IMG/VR virus record: IMGVR_UViG_3300025407_000887
Origin: an uncultured virus (IMG/VR IMGVR_UViG_3300025407_000887)
Lineage: Duplodnaviria; Heunggongvirae; Uroviricota; Caudoviricetes
DNA: 64,000 bases
Reading direction: 5' to 3' (one strand)
The stretch's first letter is position 1, and each line of letters opens with the position of its first letter. This document shows, in pieces, positions 40,886-50,195 of this stretch. Position numbers and translations under genes: made by a program. The notes under the pieces were generated by a model that was not told the DNA's origin, ran no database searches, and saw nothing but the letters and a program-made list of their open reading frames with translations.

Positions 40886-42370
40886 ATGTCAGATTTAGAT
40901 CAATTGAACCCAGGAATGGGCACAGCAGAAGCAGGGGCAGAAATGCCAGGCGATACTGCCGGTGGTCAAGAGCATCATCTAGAACTATCCCCTGAAGACA
41001 AACAGCAACAGGGCAAAATGGCCAAGGCCGATTTATATAAATTAGCCAGCTATTCACACAAATTATTCAAACAGTTACACGATGATGACGAATTAGAAAA
41101 CTGGGTTGAAGCCAAGATTACTAAAGCGGCAGACTATATTGCTACTGTATATCACTATTTAGAATATGAAATGAAAGTAAACGAATTCGGCAAACATTTG
41201 AATGATGCTGAGATCACCAATGAGCAACGTGCTCATATGGAAACTATGCTATCGGAGGCAAAAATGAAGATTGCTGAATTAAAGAAAACTCAAGCTGTTA
41301 AAATGTTAATGCGTGAAGAAAAATCATCAACTGGTGGAGATATTGATCGTTCAAAGCCAGGTGTAGTAAAACACAAACATAATCCAGATCGTTTCAGTGA
41401 TGAGCCACACTCTGAGCCAGCAAGCAAAGCCAAAGGTCAATCAAGTGCTGAAAAGAAAGCTGGTCGTGATATGGATAAAGAAGAAAACAAACGTGGTAAA
41501 GAATGGGAAAAGAAATATCCTGGATCACGTCATATTTACAAAGCTAAAGATGACAGTGATGATGGCATTGATGAAAGCATGGAAGATTGCGAGCATTGTG
41601 GCGGTTCAGGACAAGTTGCAAAAACTCCTCCTAAAGCACATCCAGATCATGCAGAAAAAATTAACAAGTATAAAACATTAAAGAACGCTGTTAAAGCTAT
41701 TGTAAACGATCATAGCGAAGATGGTGAAATGGTTCCAGAAGGTAAAAAATCTAAGCCAGACTTTTTAGATTTAGACAAAGACGGTAACAAAAAAGAGCCA
41801 ATGAAGAAGGCTGCCGCTGACAAGAAAAAAATGTCAGAAGCTAAAGCTAAGTGTTGCTGTGAAGAAAAAGGTAAAGCTAAATGCCCAGTTCACGGTAAAG
41901 TTGAAGAAAGCAAACCAAGTGCTGGATTGAGTGCCGCTAAGAAATCTGCTACAGTTAAGAAAGCTAAGTCCGGTGGAGACATTGGTAAACCAGGTAAGAA
42001 CTTTGATAAGCTAGCTAAGAAAGCTGGTGGTGGTGAGAAAGGTGAAAAGATTGCCGCTGCCGCTATGTGGAAGAACATCAAAGAAACTACTGCATATATC
42101 GAAGAAAAGAAAGCAATTGAAAAGAAAGCTGACAAAGATTACGATGGAGATGGCAAAGTAGAATCTCCTAAAGATGAAGTTTGGGGTTCACGTGCAAAAG
42201 CCGCCGCTAAAGCAGGACATCCATTTGGTAAAAAAGAAACTGTTAAAGAATCTACAGAAGTAGATCGTATGCGTGAATTAACAGGTCGTCTGAATCGTAA
42301 TGAAAACATTATCAACGAATCACGCGAAGCTGATACTTTCCGTAAATTAACAAACATTCTTAAAGGGTAA
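40886..42370 (+). CDS. Highly charged probable prohead core / internal protein
   Basis: CTAAATA at 40854-40860, GGAG SD; K/E-rich; many [LIVM]xE sites; DLDKDG and DYDGDG motifs. Confidence 0.6.
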   Translation: MSDLDQLNPGMGTAEAGAEMPGDTAGGQEHHLELSPEDKQQQGKMAKADLYKLASYSHKLFKQLHDDDELENWVEAKITKAADYIATVYHYLEYEMKVNEFGKHLNDAEITNEQRAHMETMLSEAKMKIAELKKTQAVKMLMREEKSSTGGDIDRSKPGVVKHKHNPDRFSDEPHSEPASKAKGQSSAEKKAGRDMDKEENKRGKEWEKKYPGSRHIYKAKDDSDDGIDESMEDCEHCGGSGQVAKTPPKAHPDHAEKINKYKTLKNAVKAIVNDHSEDGEMVPEGKKSKPDFLDLDKDGNKKEPMKKAAADKKKMSEAKAKCCCEEKGKAKCPVHGKVEESKPSAGLSAAKKSATVKKAKSGGDIGKPGKNFDKLAKKAGGGEKGEKIAAAAMWKNIKETTAYIEEKKAIEKKADKDYDGDGKVESPKDEVWGSRAKAAAKAGHPFGKKETVKESTEVDRMRELTGRLNRNENIINESREADTFRKLTNILKG

Positions 42371-42375
42371 TACCC

Positions 42376-44085
42376 GTGGACATGAAGCGTATCCTACAGG
42401 CTATGGATGGAGTTGCTACCAAGCCTGTAGTAGGCGCTAATGAAATGTCTAAATTTCTTCGTATTGTTAACGAAGACCCATATCAACGTTCAGGCGAATA
42501 CGTCGACCTCGACGATCCTAAATACAAAAATGCTGTAGATGCAAGAGGCGGCCAAGTTCAAGGCGGTTCCGGCGAATGGGGCATGCAACAAATGTATCAT
42601 GGATTCGGTTATTGTACTCAAGATAGTACAATGCGAGCTCAAGAACTTGCTAAGGCTATGAAAATAGACTGGAACAAAATTGGGCAGGAACTAGATGCAT
42701 ACAATAAGGACCATGTTAAAAAAGGTTCTAGATATGTACGATATGCAACTTTAAACACAATACCAACTGAGCTCCTTGTCGATGGCGAATGGATTCCTAT
42801 TCCTAAAAATCTTTATACTGGCGCTGAACGTGAAGTATTAGCAATGGGCGGTAGTACTGAACTTGATAGAATTGGAATGGATGATCCTGGAGTGGGTTGC
42901 GAGGACGATGCCCCGTTAGGGAAAGCACATCCTCTACGTGGCAATCGTTATATCAAACCAGGAACTAAATTATTTTCCAAAGATCAAAATGGGCAACCTA
43001 ATCAAAGTGCATCACCTACCGGTACTACTGCTCCGGCAGATCCTAAGATCATGCAGTTACAAAAAGAATTAATATCCGCGGGAGAACGCGGAAAACTAGG
43101 TCCATTTGGACCAAATCATGATGGAGTCGATGGAGTAATGGGAAAATATACTAAGGCCGCTATAAGTCGTCATCCTGATATTGCAAAGAAATATTTTCCA
43201 ACAAGTACAGATGAAAGTATAAACAAATTTTTATCTATCATTGACAAAAATGATGTCAAAATTTTAAAAGAAGAAGTTAACAATAACACAGTTTTAAACG
43301 AAGGTGCCAATCCTCATAAAGTGTCATTGCCGGTACAAATGGCGATGCAACACTATCAAGCACCGAAAGAAACTGTTATTTCAAAACCAACTGTTCTTAA
43401 ATCTTATTTTAAAGAAGTTGAAGACCAACATTTAGAAGCTGTTACAGAAAAGAAACAACTAATGCGTCAGTACGCTAGCCATATTGCCGAACGTGTTTTA
43501 ATGAAAGAATCCGCTAGTTCTAAAAAGCAGGATGTAGCAGAAGTTAAACAACGATTAGATGCTAAATGCTGGACAGGCAAACACAAAGAAGGCACCAAGA
43601 TTAAAGGCGGTGTTCGTGTTAATAACTGTGTACCAAACGAAAGTGTTATTAGTGAAAAAAGTACTACAGAAAAACAAGCACGTACTATGGCCGCTGCCGC
43701 ACATAATCCAGAGTTTGCTAAAAAATTAGGTATTAAATCTAGTGTTGCTAAAGAGTTTAATAAAGCCGATACAGGTACTAAAAAACTAAGCAATGCTATG
43801 AAGCATAAGAAGAAAGTTAAAGAAGATCAAAATTCAGATCACAGAATAGGGTTCGATCCTATGGGAGCAACTCCAGGAGTAATGGATGCAAAAGATGCTA
43901 CACCAAGCGGCGGACATCTTAATTTAGAAGACGCTCAGTCAAAACTACATCCAACCAAACGTTATCGTATGATGCGCCGATTGAGCAAAAAAGGCGGTTA
44001 CGATTTAAGTCATTTAGAACTTGCAAGCGATGAAGAACTACATCATCTATACGCACAGCATGGTTTAAAAGAAATCAGAAAATAA
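42376..44085 (+). CDS. Modular probable internal head protein with peptidoglycan-binding-like module
   Basis: IMQLQKEL...GVDGVMGKYTKAAI; CWTG...VNNCVP motif; many xxE sites. Confidence 0.55.
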   Translation: MDMKRILQAMDGVATKPVVGANEMSKFLRIVNEDPYQRSGEYVDLDDPKYKNAVDARGGQVQGGSGEWGMQQMYHGFGYCTQDSTMRAQELAKAMKIDWNKIGQELDAYNKDHVKKGSRYVRYATLNTIPTELLVDGEWIPIPKNLYTGAEREVLAMGGSTELDRIGMDDPGVGCEDDAPLGKAHPLRGNRYIKPGTKLFSKDQNGQPNQSASPTGTTAPADPKIMQLQKELISAGERGKLGPFGPNHDGVDGVMGKYTKAAISRHPDIAKKYFPTSTDESINKFLSIIDKNDVKILKEEVNNNTVLNEGANPHKVSLPVQMAMQHYQAPKETVISKPTVLKSYFKEVEDQHLEAVTEKKQLMRQYASHIAERVLMKESASSKKQDVAEVKQRLDAKCWTGKHKEGTKIKGGVRVNNCVPNESVISEKSTTEKQARTMAAAAHNPEFAKKLGIKSSVAKEFNKADTGTKKLSNAMKHKKKVKEDQNSDHRIGFDPMGATPGVMDAKDATPSGGHLNLEDAQSKLHPTKRYRMMRRLSKKGGYDLSHLELASDEELHHLYAQHGLKEIRK

Positions 44086-44117
44086 TCTAGTCTCTTTCAT
44101 ACACTGATAATTAGTGT

Positions 44118-44717
44118 ATGTACAAGAAAATCTCCAATAACACATATCAACGTTTACGCTATTTCCCAACCTATGCGTTGGACGATACTGTTTTTACGCT
44201 AAAAGAATTAGATCAAATTATAGAGCATACTTCCAAATTAGGATTAATGCCAGGAATAGATCGAGGAAACGTAAGAAAGAGTGATATAAATTTTATGCAT
44301 CCTAACAAAGATAACTATTGGATCTTTGAAAGATTCAACGATGCACTGGATTATATGAATGAAAAATATTTCAATTTTGACATAAACGGTTACGAGTTCA
44401 TACAATATTCAACTTATGAAGCTGATAAAGATGGAAGATATGATTTTCACATAGACATGGCGTTAGGTGAAATGATGAAAGATTGGCATGAAAATAGAAA
44501 ATTGTCCATGACATTATTATTAAACGAACCTGGAGTCGATTTTGAAGGCGGAGATTTTGAATTTAATACATGTGGGGATAATAGAACCGAAAGACCAAAA
44601 ATGCGTAAAGGTGCTTTGATTTTATTTCCAAGTTTTATGATGCATCGTGTTACACCCGTTACAAAGGGTATTAGAAAAAGTTTAGTTATTTGGTTAACCG
44701 GACCAAAATTTAAATAA
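44118..44717 (+). CDS. 2OG-Fe(II) oxygenase (prolyl-hydroxylase/PKHD-like)
   Basis: HID, RKLSMTLLLN, FEGGDF, FPSFMMHRVTPVTKGIRKSLV. Confidence 0.9.
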   Translation: MYKKISNNTYQRLRYFPTYALDDTVFTLKELDQIIEHTSKLGLMPGIDRGNVRKSDINFMHPNKDNYWIFERFNDALDYMNEKYFNFDINGYEFIQYSTYEADKDGRYDFHIDMALGEMMKDWHENRKLSMTLLLNEPGVDFEGGDFEFNTCGDNRTERPKMRKGALILFPSFMMHRVTPVTKGIRKSLVIWLTGPKFK

Positions 44718-44725
44718 AAAAAGTG

Positions 44726-44754
44726 TTGCTCTTAAGCAATAAATACTTTATAAT
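44726..44754 (+). promoter_or_regulatory. Sigma70-type promoter with a late box (ATAAATA 44739-44745) in its spacer
   Basis: TTGCTC-17 nt-TATAAT. Confidence 0.65.
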
Positions 44755-44774
44755 AGGCATATAAGGAGAGAACT

Positions 44775-45032
44775 ATGGCAGGCAGAAATTATGGCGCAGA
44801 AGAAAAAGCAAAATTAGAACGACTAATTAGCGAGGGTTCTACTGTATTACGTGAAGTAGAAGATTTGCAAGAAGGCTTAAAAGAAACTGTTAAAGCAGTT
44901 GCCGAAGAATTACAAATTAAACCTAGCGTTATTAACAAGGCTATCAAGATTGCTCATAAAGGCGATTGGCAACAATATAACGAAGACTGGGAAGAAATTG
45001 AAGCAATTTTGGATATTACAAAACGTATTTAA
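44775..45032 (+). CDS. Small dsDNA-binding protein (T4 DsbA/GapR-like)
   Basis: 85-aa helical protein, LKETVKAVAEELQIKPSVINKAIKIAHK; AGGAG SD. Confidence 0.55.
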   Translation: MAGRNYGAEEKAKLERLISEGSTVLREVEDLQEGLKETVKAVAEELQIKPSVINKAIKIAHKGDWQQYNEDWEEIEAILDITKRI

Positions 45033-45034
45033 AT

Positions 45035-45556
45035 ATGCGAGTAGTACAACAGCCCAGTGCATTTTTAATTACTAAACTAGATCAGCACGAACTAATTAAA
45101 GAACACTTGCTTGAATCAATTAGTAAGTTAGGTGAACATAGTATTATTGAAGAGAATGGATTGATTCCACAACGTATTTCAAATACTGACTGGGGTCAAT
45201 CATTAAATTCGACATATTTTAATATAATGAGTCCGTTGCTCAAAGAGCATTGTAGACAAGTTAAAAATATGTTAAAATTACCATTTAATATTGATTGTAT
45301 CGATTATTGGTTTCAACAATATCGTACAGGAGATTATCACAGTTGGCATAGTCATGCTAATTGTCTATATTCGAATGTATACTATTTAGATTTACCAGAA
45401 GGCTCAAGTAAAACAACTTTTAAATTTATTGACGAAGAATTCGAAGTAGAAGTAACCGAAGGCGATATATTAACTTTTCCAGGGTCAGTGCTACATTGTA
45501 GTAAACCAAATAAAAGTGAACAGACAAAAACTGTTATTGCTTTCAACACAAGATAA
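45035..45556 (+). CDS. 2OG-Fe(II) oxygenase-like protein
   Basis: WFQQY, HSWHSH, EGDILTFP, LHCS, KTVIAFN. Confidence 0.75.
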   Translation: MRVVQQPSAFLITKLDQHELIKEHLLESISKLGEHSIIEENGLIPQRISNTDWGQSLNSTYFNIMSPLLKEHCRQVKNMLKLPFNIDCIDYWFQQYRTGDYHSWHSHANCLYSNVYYLDLPEGSSKTTFKFIDEEFEVEVTEGDILTFPGSVLHCSKPNKSEQTKTVIAFNTR

Positions 45557-45563
45557 AGGTCCA

Positions 45564-45614
45564 GCGAGCCAACAAATCGCACATGGGTATTTGCAAGCCT
45601 TAAATTGCATGGAG
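45564..45614 (+). promoter_or_regulatory. Twin-hairpin element abutting the DNA polymerase SD
   Basis: GCGA-GCCAACAAA-TCGC and TGCAA-GCCTTAAA-TTGCA, then GGAG. Confidence 0.5.
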
Positions 45615-45624
45615 AAAAAAATTT

Positions 45625-48291
45625 ATGTCTTATGTAGACGCATGGTTTGACCGCGAGAACGATATTATAAAAATCGTTGAGCGAAATAAAGATGGCAAAA
45701 GAGTATTTAGAGATATTCCTGTACGCCATACATTTTATGTTAAAGACCCTAAGGGTAAACATACTTCAATTTACGGTGAGCAACTCACTCGTATCATTTG
45801 TAAAAACACAAAAGAACTACGCAAAGAACAAGCCATCAATAGTGGCAAGGAAATGTACGAAGCAGACATTAATCCAATCTTTGTTACACTAAGCGAACAC
45901 TATATTAATCAAGATGCTCCAAAGTTAAATGTAGCATTTTTTGATATTGAGGTAGACTTTGATCCAGAACGTGGTTATGCAAGTCCAGACGATGCATTCA
46001 TGCCAATTACTGCGATTGCTGTCTACCTACAATGGTTAGAAACTATGGTATGTATGGCTATTCCTCCTAAGGGTCTTGAGATGGAAGAAGCTAAAGAAAT
46101 GGTCAAAGACTTTCCTAATACATACTTGTTTGATAACGAAGCAGATTTGTTGGATATGTTTTTGGATCTAATTAAAGATGCTGATGTTATTAGCGGTTGG
46201 AACTCAGAAGGATTTGATATTCCTTACACAACTAATCGCGTGACAAAAGTATTGAGTAAAGAAGACACAAGACGTTTTTGTTTGTTTGATCAATTTCCAA
46301 AACGTAGAGAATATGAAAAGTTTGGTCGAAATAGTGTAACCTATGACTATATTGGTCGCGTTCATTTAGACTATCTCGAATTGTACCGCAAGTATACGTA
46401 TGAAGAACGCCACAGTTATAGACTTGATGCGATTGCAGAATATGAGCTAGGCAAACGTAAAACACAATATGAAGGTACACTAGATCAATTATACAACAAT
46501 GATTTTAAAACATTCGTTGAATACAACATCAATGACTGTAAACTTCTTGACGATTTAGATAAAAAATTAAAATTCATGGATTTAGCCAATACACTGGCAC
46601 ATGAAAATACAGTATTGCTACAAACTACAATGGGTGCCGTGGCTGTAACTGAACAAGCTATTATTAACGAAGCACATCGTAGAGGTATGCAAGTTCCTAA
46701 TCGAACAAAAATGAGTGAACGTGAGGATACTGCGGCTGCCGGTGCTTATGTTGCTGTTCCTAAAGAAGGTATTGTGGACTGGGTTGGATCATTAGACATT
46801 AACAGTCTTTATCCAAGTGCTATTCGTGCATTAAATATGGGACCGGAAACTATTATTGGTCAACTACGTCAAACTAAAACAGAAGAATACATTGAACTTC
46901 AAATGGCCAAAGGCAAATCATTTGCGGCTAGTTGGGAAGGTAAATTTGGTAGTGATGAATACGAAGCTGTAATGAATCAAGAAATTGGTACTGATATTAC
47001 AATTGACTGGGAAAATGGCGACGTTGATGTATTAAGTGCGGCAGAAGTATATAGATTAATTTACGAAAGCAATCAGCCTTGGATGCTTTCGGCAAATGGT
47101 ACTATCTTCACCTATGAAATTGAAGGTATAATTCCAGGGCTATTGAAAAGGTGGTATGCAGAACGCAAGGAAATGCAGGCCAAATTAAAAGATGCAATTA
47201 AAGCTGGAAACAAAGTTGAAGAAGAATACTGGGACAAACGACAACTTGTTAAGAAGATTAATCTTAACAGTCTGTATGGCGCTATTCTTAATAGCGGTTG
47301 TAGATTCTTTGATAAACGAATTGGACAATCGACCACACTCACAGGACGTCAGATTGTCCGGCATATGGCGGCCAAAGTAAACGAGATTATCACAGGCGAA
47401 TATGATTACAGAGGAAAGGCAATTATATATGGTGACACTGATAGTTGTTATTTTAGTGCTTATCGCACTTTACAGAAGGACATCGAAGCGGGATTGATTC
47501 CTTGGAGTAAAGAGAATGTAATTTCATTATACGATCAAATTGGGGAAGAAGTTAATCAAACATTTCCACAATTTATGTTAGATACTTTTCATTGTCCAAA
47601 GACTCGTGGAGAAGTTATTCGTGCCGGTCGTGAAATTGTTGGCAGTAAAGCCCTTTTTATTACTAAGAAACGCTATGCTGTTCTTTACTATGATAAAGAA
47701 GGTAAACGTGCAGACATAGATGGCAAAGCAGGAAAGATTAAAGCCATGGGGTTGGATCTGAAACGTAGTGATACTCCAGAATTTATTCAAGACTTCTTAA
47801 GCGATGTTCTTGAAATGGTATTGATGGGTAAACCTGAACAAGAAGTTCTGGATCATATTAGTGAATTCCGTATTCGTTTCAAAGCTCGTCCAGGATGGGA
47901 AAAAGGTAGTCCCAAACGTGCTAATAATATTACTGATTATGGTGCTAAAGAAAAGAAACAAGGTAAGACCAATATGCCAGGGCATGTCCGTGCTAGTATC
48001 AATTGGAATACATTAAAACGTATGTATGACGACAAGTATAGCATGGCTATTACAGACGGTGCTAAGGTTATTGTTTGTAAACTTAAACCTAATCCGTTAG
48101 GTTATACATCGGTTGCTTATCCAGTAGATGAACTGAGATTACCACAGTGGTTCAAAGATTTACCTTTTGATCATGCTGAAATGGAGGCAACAATTATCGA
48201 CAATAAGTTAGATAATTTAATTGGTGTACTAAAGTGGGACCTAAATAGTACCGAAGAAAAAAATACTTTTAATAGTTTATTTGAGTTTTAA
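45625..48291 (+). CDS. DNA polymerase family B (T4 gp43-like)
   Basis: FFDIEV exonuclease motif, DINSLYPS, KINLNSLYG, YGDTDS, KKRY. Confidence 0.97.
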   Translation: MSYVDAWFDRENDIIKIVERNKDGKRVFRDIPVRHTFYVKDPKGKHTSIYGEQLTRIICKNTKELRKEQAINSGKEMYEADINPIFVTLSEHYINQDAPKLNVAFFDIEVDFDPERGYASPDDAFMPITAIAVYLQWLETMVCMAIPPKGLEMEEAKEMVKDFPNTYLFDNEADLLDMFLDLIKDADVISGWNSEGFDIPYTTNRVTKVLSKEDTRRFCLFDQFPKRREYEKFGRNSVTYDYIGRVHLDYLELYRKYTYEERHSYRLDAIAEYELGKRKTQYEGTLDQLYNNDFKTFVEYNINDCKLLDDLDKKLKFMDLANTLAHENTVLLQTTMGAVAVTEQAIINEAHRRGMQVPNRTKMSEREDTAAAGAYVAVPKEGIVDWVGSLDINSLYPSAIRALNMGPETIIGQLRQTKTEEYIELQMAKGKSFAASWEGKFGSDEYEAVMNQEIGTDITIDWENGDVDVLSAAEVYRLIYESNQPWMLSANGTIFTYEIEGIIPGLLKRWYAERKEMQAKLKDAIKAGNKVEEEYWDKRQLVKKINLNSLYGAILNSGCRFFDKRIGQSTTLTGRQIVRHMAAKVNEIITGEYDYRGKAIIYGDTDSCYFSAYRTLQKDIEAGLIPWSKENVISLYDQIGEEVNQTFPQFMLDTFHCPKTRGEVIRAGREIVGSKALFITKKRYAVLYYDKEGKRADIDGKAGKIKAMGLDLKRSDTPEFIQDFLSDVLEMVLMGKPEQEVLDHISEFRIRFKARPGWEKGSPKRANNITDYGAKEKKQGKTNMPGHVRASINWNTLKRMYDDKYSMAITDGAKVIVCKLKPNPLGYTSVAYPVDELRLPQWFKDLPFDHAEMEATIIDNKLDNLIGVLKWDLNSTEEKNTFNSLFEF

Positions 48292-48292
48292 T

Positions 48293-49069
48293 ATGAAAAA
48301 AATTATAATTGCGGGTCACGGATTTGTTGGCAAAGCAGTAGCCAACTCATTGAAAGAAACTATAATACACGTTGTCGATCCAAAATATACAACTGGAGAA
48401 ATAAAACACTACCCAGATGCAGACGGGGTTATTATTTGTGTTGGTACTCCTAGTACACAATTAGGAGATTGTGATGTTAGTCAAATCTATAGTGTAATGG
48501 AACAAGTTCCCGAATCTATGCCGGTATTGATCAAATGTACCGTACGTCCAGACTATTTGAATAAGATTGTAACAGATTTTCCTAAACATAGTATTGCGTA
48601 TAGTCCAGAATTTTTACGTGCGGTAAGTGCTAACGAAGACTTTGCTAATCAAGAATATATGATTTTAGGCGGTGCTAACCCCAACAATATTTGGAGTGAA
48701 TTATTTACTAGTTCACTTAAAAACCTAAATACAATTGAATATTGCACACTGACAGAAGCAAGTATGTTGAAATATACCACTAATTGTTTCCTAAGTGTCA
48801 AGGTAGCGTTCTTTAATCAAATTTATGATATGTGTCAATTAAATGGTGCAGATTATAATACAATTATTGAACTGTTAAAGTTGGATGAGCGTATGGGTAG
48901 TAGCCATATGCAAGTTCCAGGTTCCGACGGCAGTAGAGGATTTGGTGGTGCTTGTTTCCCCAAGGATACAAATGCATTTATACATTATGCTGATAGTGTA
49001 CAAATATCTCACACATTGGTAGAATCGGCAGTAAAATACAATAAACGAGTTAGAAAAACATTGACATAG
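48293..49069 (+). CDS. UDP-glucose/GDP-mannose dehydrogenase family protein (short form)
   Basis: GHGFVG, CVGTP, SPEFLR, GFGGACFPKD. Confidence 0.88.
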   Translation: MKKIIIAGHGFVGKAVANSLKETIIHVVDPKYTTGEIKHYPDADGVIICVGTPSTQLGDCDVSQIYSVMEQVPESMPVLIKCTVRPDYLNKIVTDFPKHSIAYSPEFLRAVSANEDFANQEYMILGGANPNNIWSELFTSSLKNLNTIEYCTLTEASMLKYTTNCFLSVKVAFFNQIYDMCQLNGADYNTIIELLKLDERMGSSHMQVPGSDGSRGFGGACFPKDTNAFIHYADSVQISHTLVESAVKYNKRVRKTLT

Positions 49070-49090
49070 TCACAAAAACCTATATAATAA
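49061..49090 (+). promoter_or_regulatory. Sigma70-type promoter
   Basis: TTGACA (49061-49066)-16 nt-TATAAT (49083-49088). Confidence 0.7.
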
Positions 49091-49108
49091 ACAAACATGG
49101 AGAATCAT

Positions 49109-49840
49109 ATGAAAGACTTTTTACAAGACCTAGTAGCACATACACACAGCCTGGGCTTTTTGCCGTTGGTTAGAGTTAGTTCTACTACTAAAGAAACTAA
49201 GATAGAATCGATTGCCGAAGATCGTTCGGTTATTGTTGATGCAAAAACACATAACCCAATCGACCAGTTGGAAGGCGTATTTGGTATGCCGGATCTTAAT
49301 AAACTAGATTTGCATTTAAAATGCCCAGAATATAAAGAAGGTGCCGGTATCAGTGTAGTTAAACAAGACCGTAACGGCGAAATTATTCCAACAGGACTAC
49401 ATTTTCAAAATGCATTAGGCGACTTTGAAAATGATTATCGTTTTATGAATGAACAGATCATTAACGAAAAATTAAAGAGTGCTAAATTCAAAGGAACTAC
49501 ATGGGATGTTGAATTTGAACCAGCAGTTGCCAGTATTCAGAAATTAAAATATCAAGCGGCAGCCCACACAGAAGAAAAAACATTTCAAGTTAAAACTGAA
49601 AATGGAAATTTAGTATTTTATTTTGGCGATGCTAATACACACGCAGGTAGCTTTATATTCCAATCAGGTGTTACTGGTAAATTAAAACAAATGTGGGCAT
49701 GGCCTGTGAACGCTGTACAAGCAATTTTGGCACTATCAGGTGACAAGACTATGCGTATTGCAGATGCAGGTGCATTACAAATTACAGTAGATAGCGGTAT
49801 CGCAGTTTACAATTATATCTTACCAGCACAGAGCAAATAA
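49109..49840 (+). CDS. Putative sliding clamp (gp45/PCNA-like)
   Basis: About 243 aa, near polB, clamp loader in window, C-terminal YNYILPAQ; GGAG SD. Confidence 0.6.
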   Translation: MKDFLQDLVAHTHSLGFLPLVRVSSTTKETKIESIAEDRSVIVDAKTHNPIDQLEGVFGMPDLNKLDLHLKCPEYKEGAGISVVKQDRNGEIIPTGLHFQNALGDFENDYRFMNEQIINEKLKSAKFKGTTWDVEFEPAVASIQKLKYQAAAHTEEKTFQVKTENGNLVFYFGDANTHAGSFIFQSGVTGKLKQMWAWPVNAVQAILALSGDKTMRIADAGALQITVDSGIAVYNYILPAQSK

Positions 49841-49841
49841 T

Positions 49842-50195
49842 ATGACACAGGATCAAATACTGCTAGCATGCGGTGTATGGCTAATACTAATGGTTATTAG
49901 CTATACACATAGCGGTTGGCACAATATGCGTGACTGCTATATGATGTGGTTTACAAAAGAGTATTGGACTGCTTATAATACAGTCGAGTTTATCAGCTGG
50001 TTAGCTAAGGCAATTATTATTATTCCTGGATTAATTTTTGGTATTCAAATTTGGGAACTATATTATTTGACCTTATTAACCAGTGTAACCCTTATTTGGG
50101 CCAGCCGTAAAAAGGCATTGCCAACACTTGTAGGTTTTAATACCATGTGGGCTTGGTTAAGTCTTATGGTTCTAGCACAACATTGGATAAAATGA
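49842..50195 (+). CDS. Small multi-pass membrane protein
   Basis: Three to four hydrophobic segments. Confidence 0.65.
   Translation: MTQDQILLACGVWLILMVISYTHSGWHNMRDCYMMWFTKEYWTAYNTVEFISWLAKAIIIIPGLIFGIQIWELYYLTLLTSVTLIWASRKKALPTLVGFNTMWAWLSLMVLAQHWIK

Noticed and set aside
45625..48291. Intron or intein in the DNA polymerase
   Set aside because: Continuous 888-aa ORF of normal size with all motifs and no intein or homing-endonuclease signature
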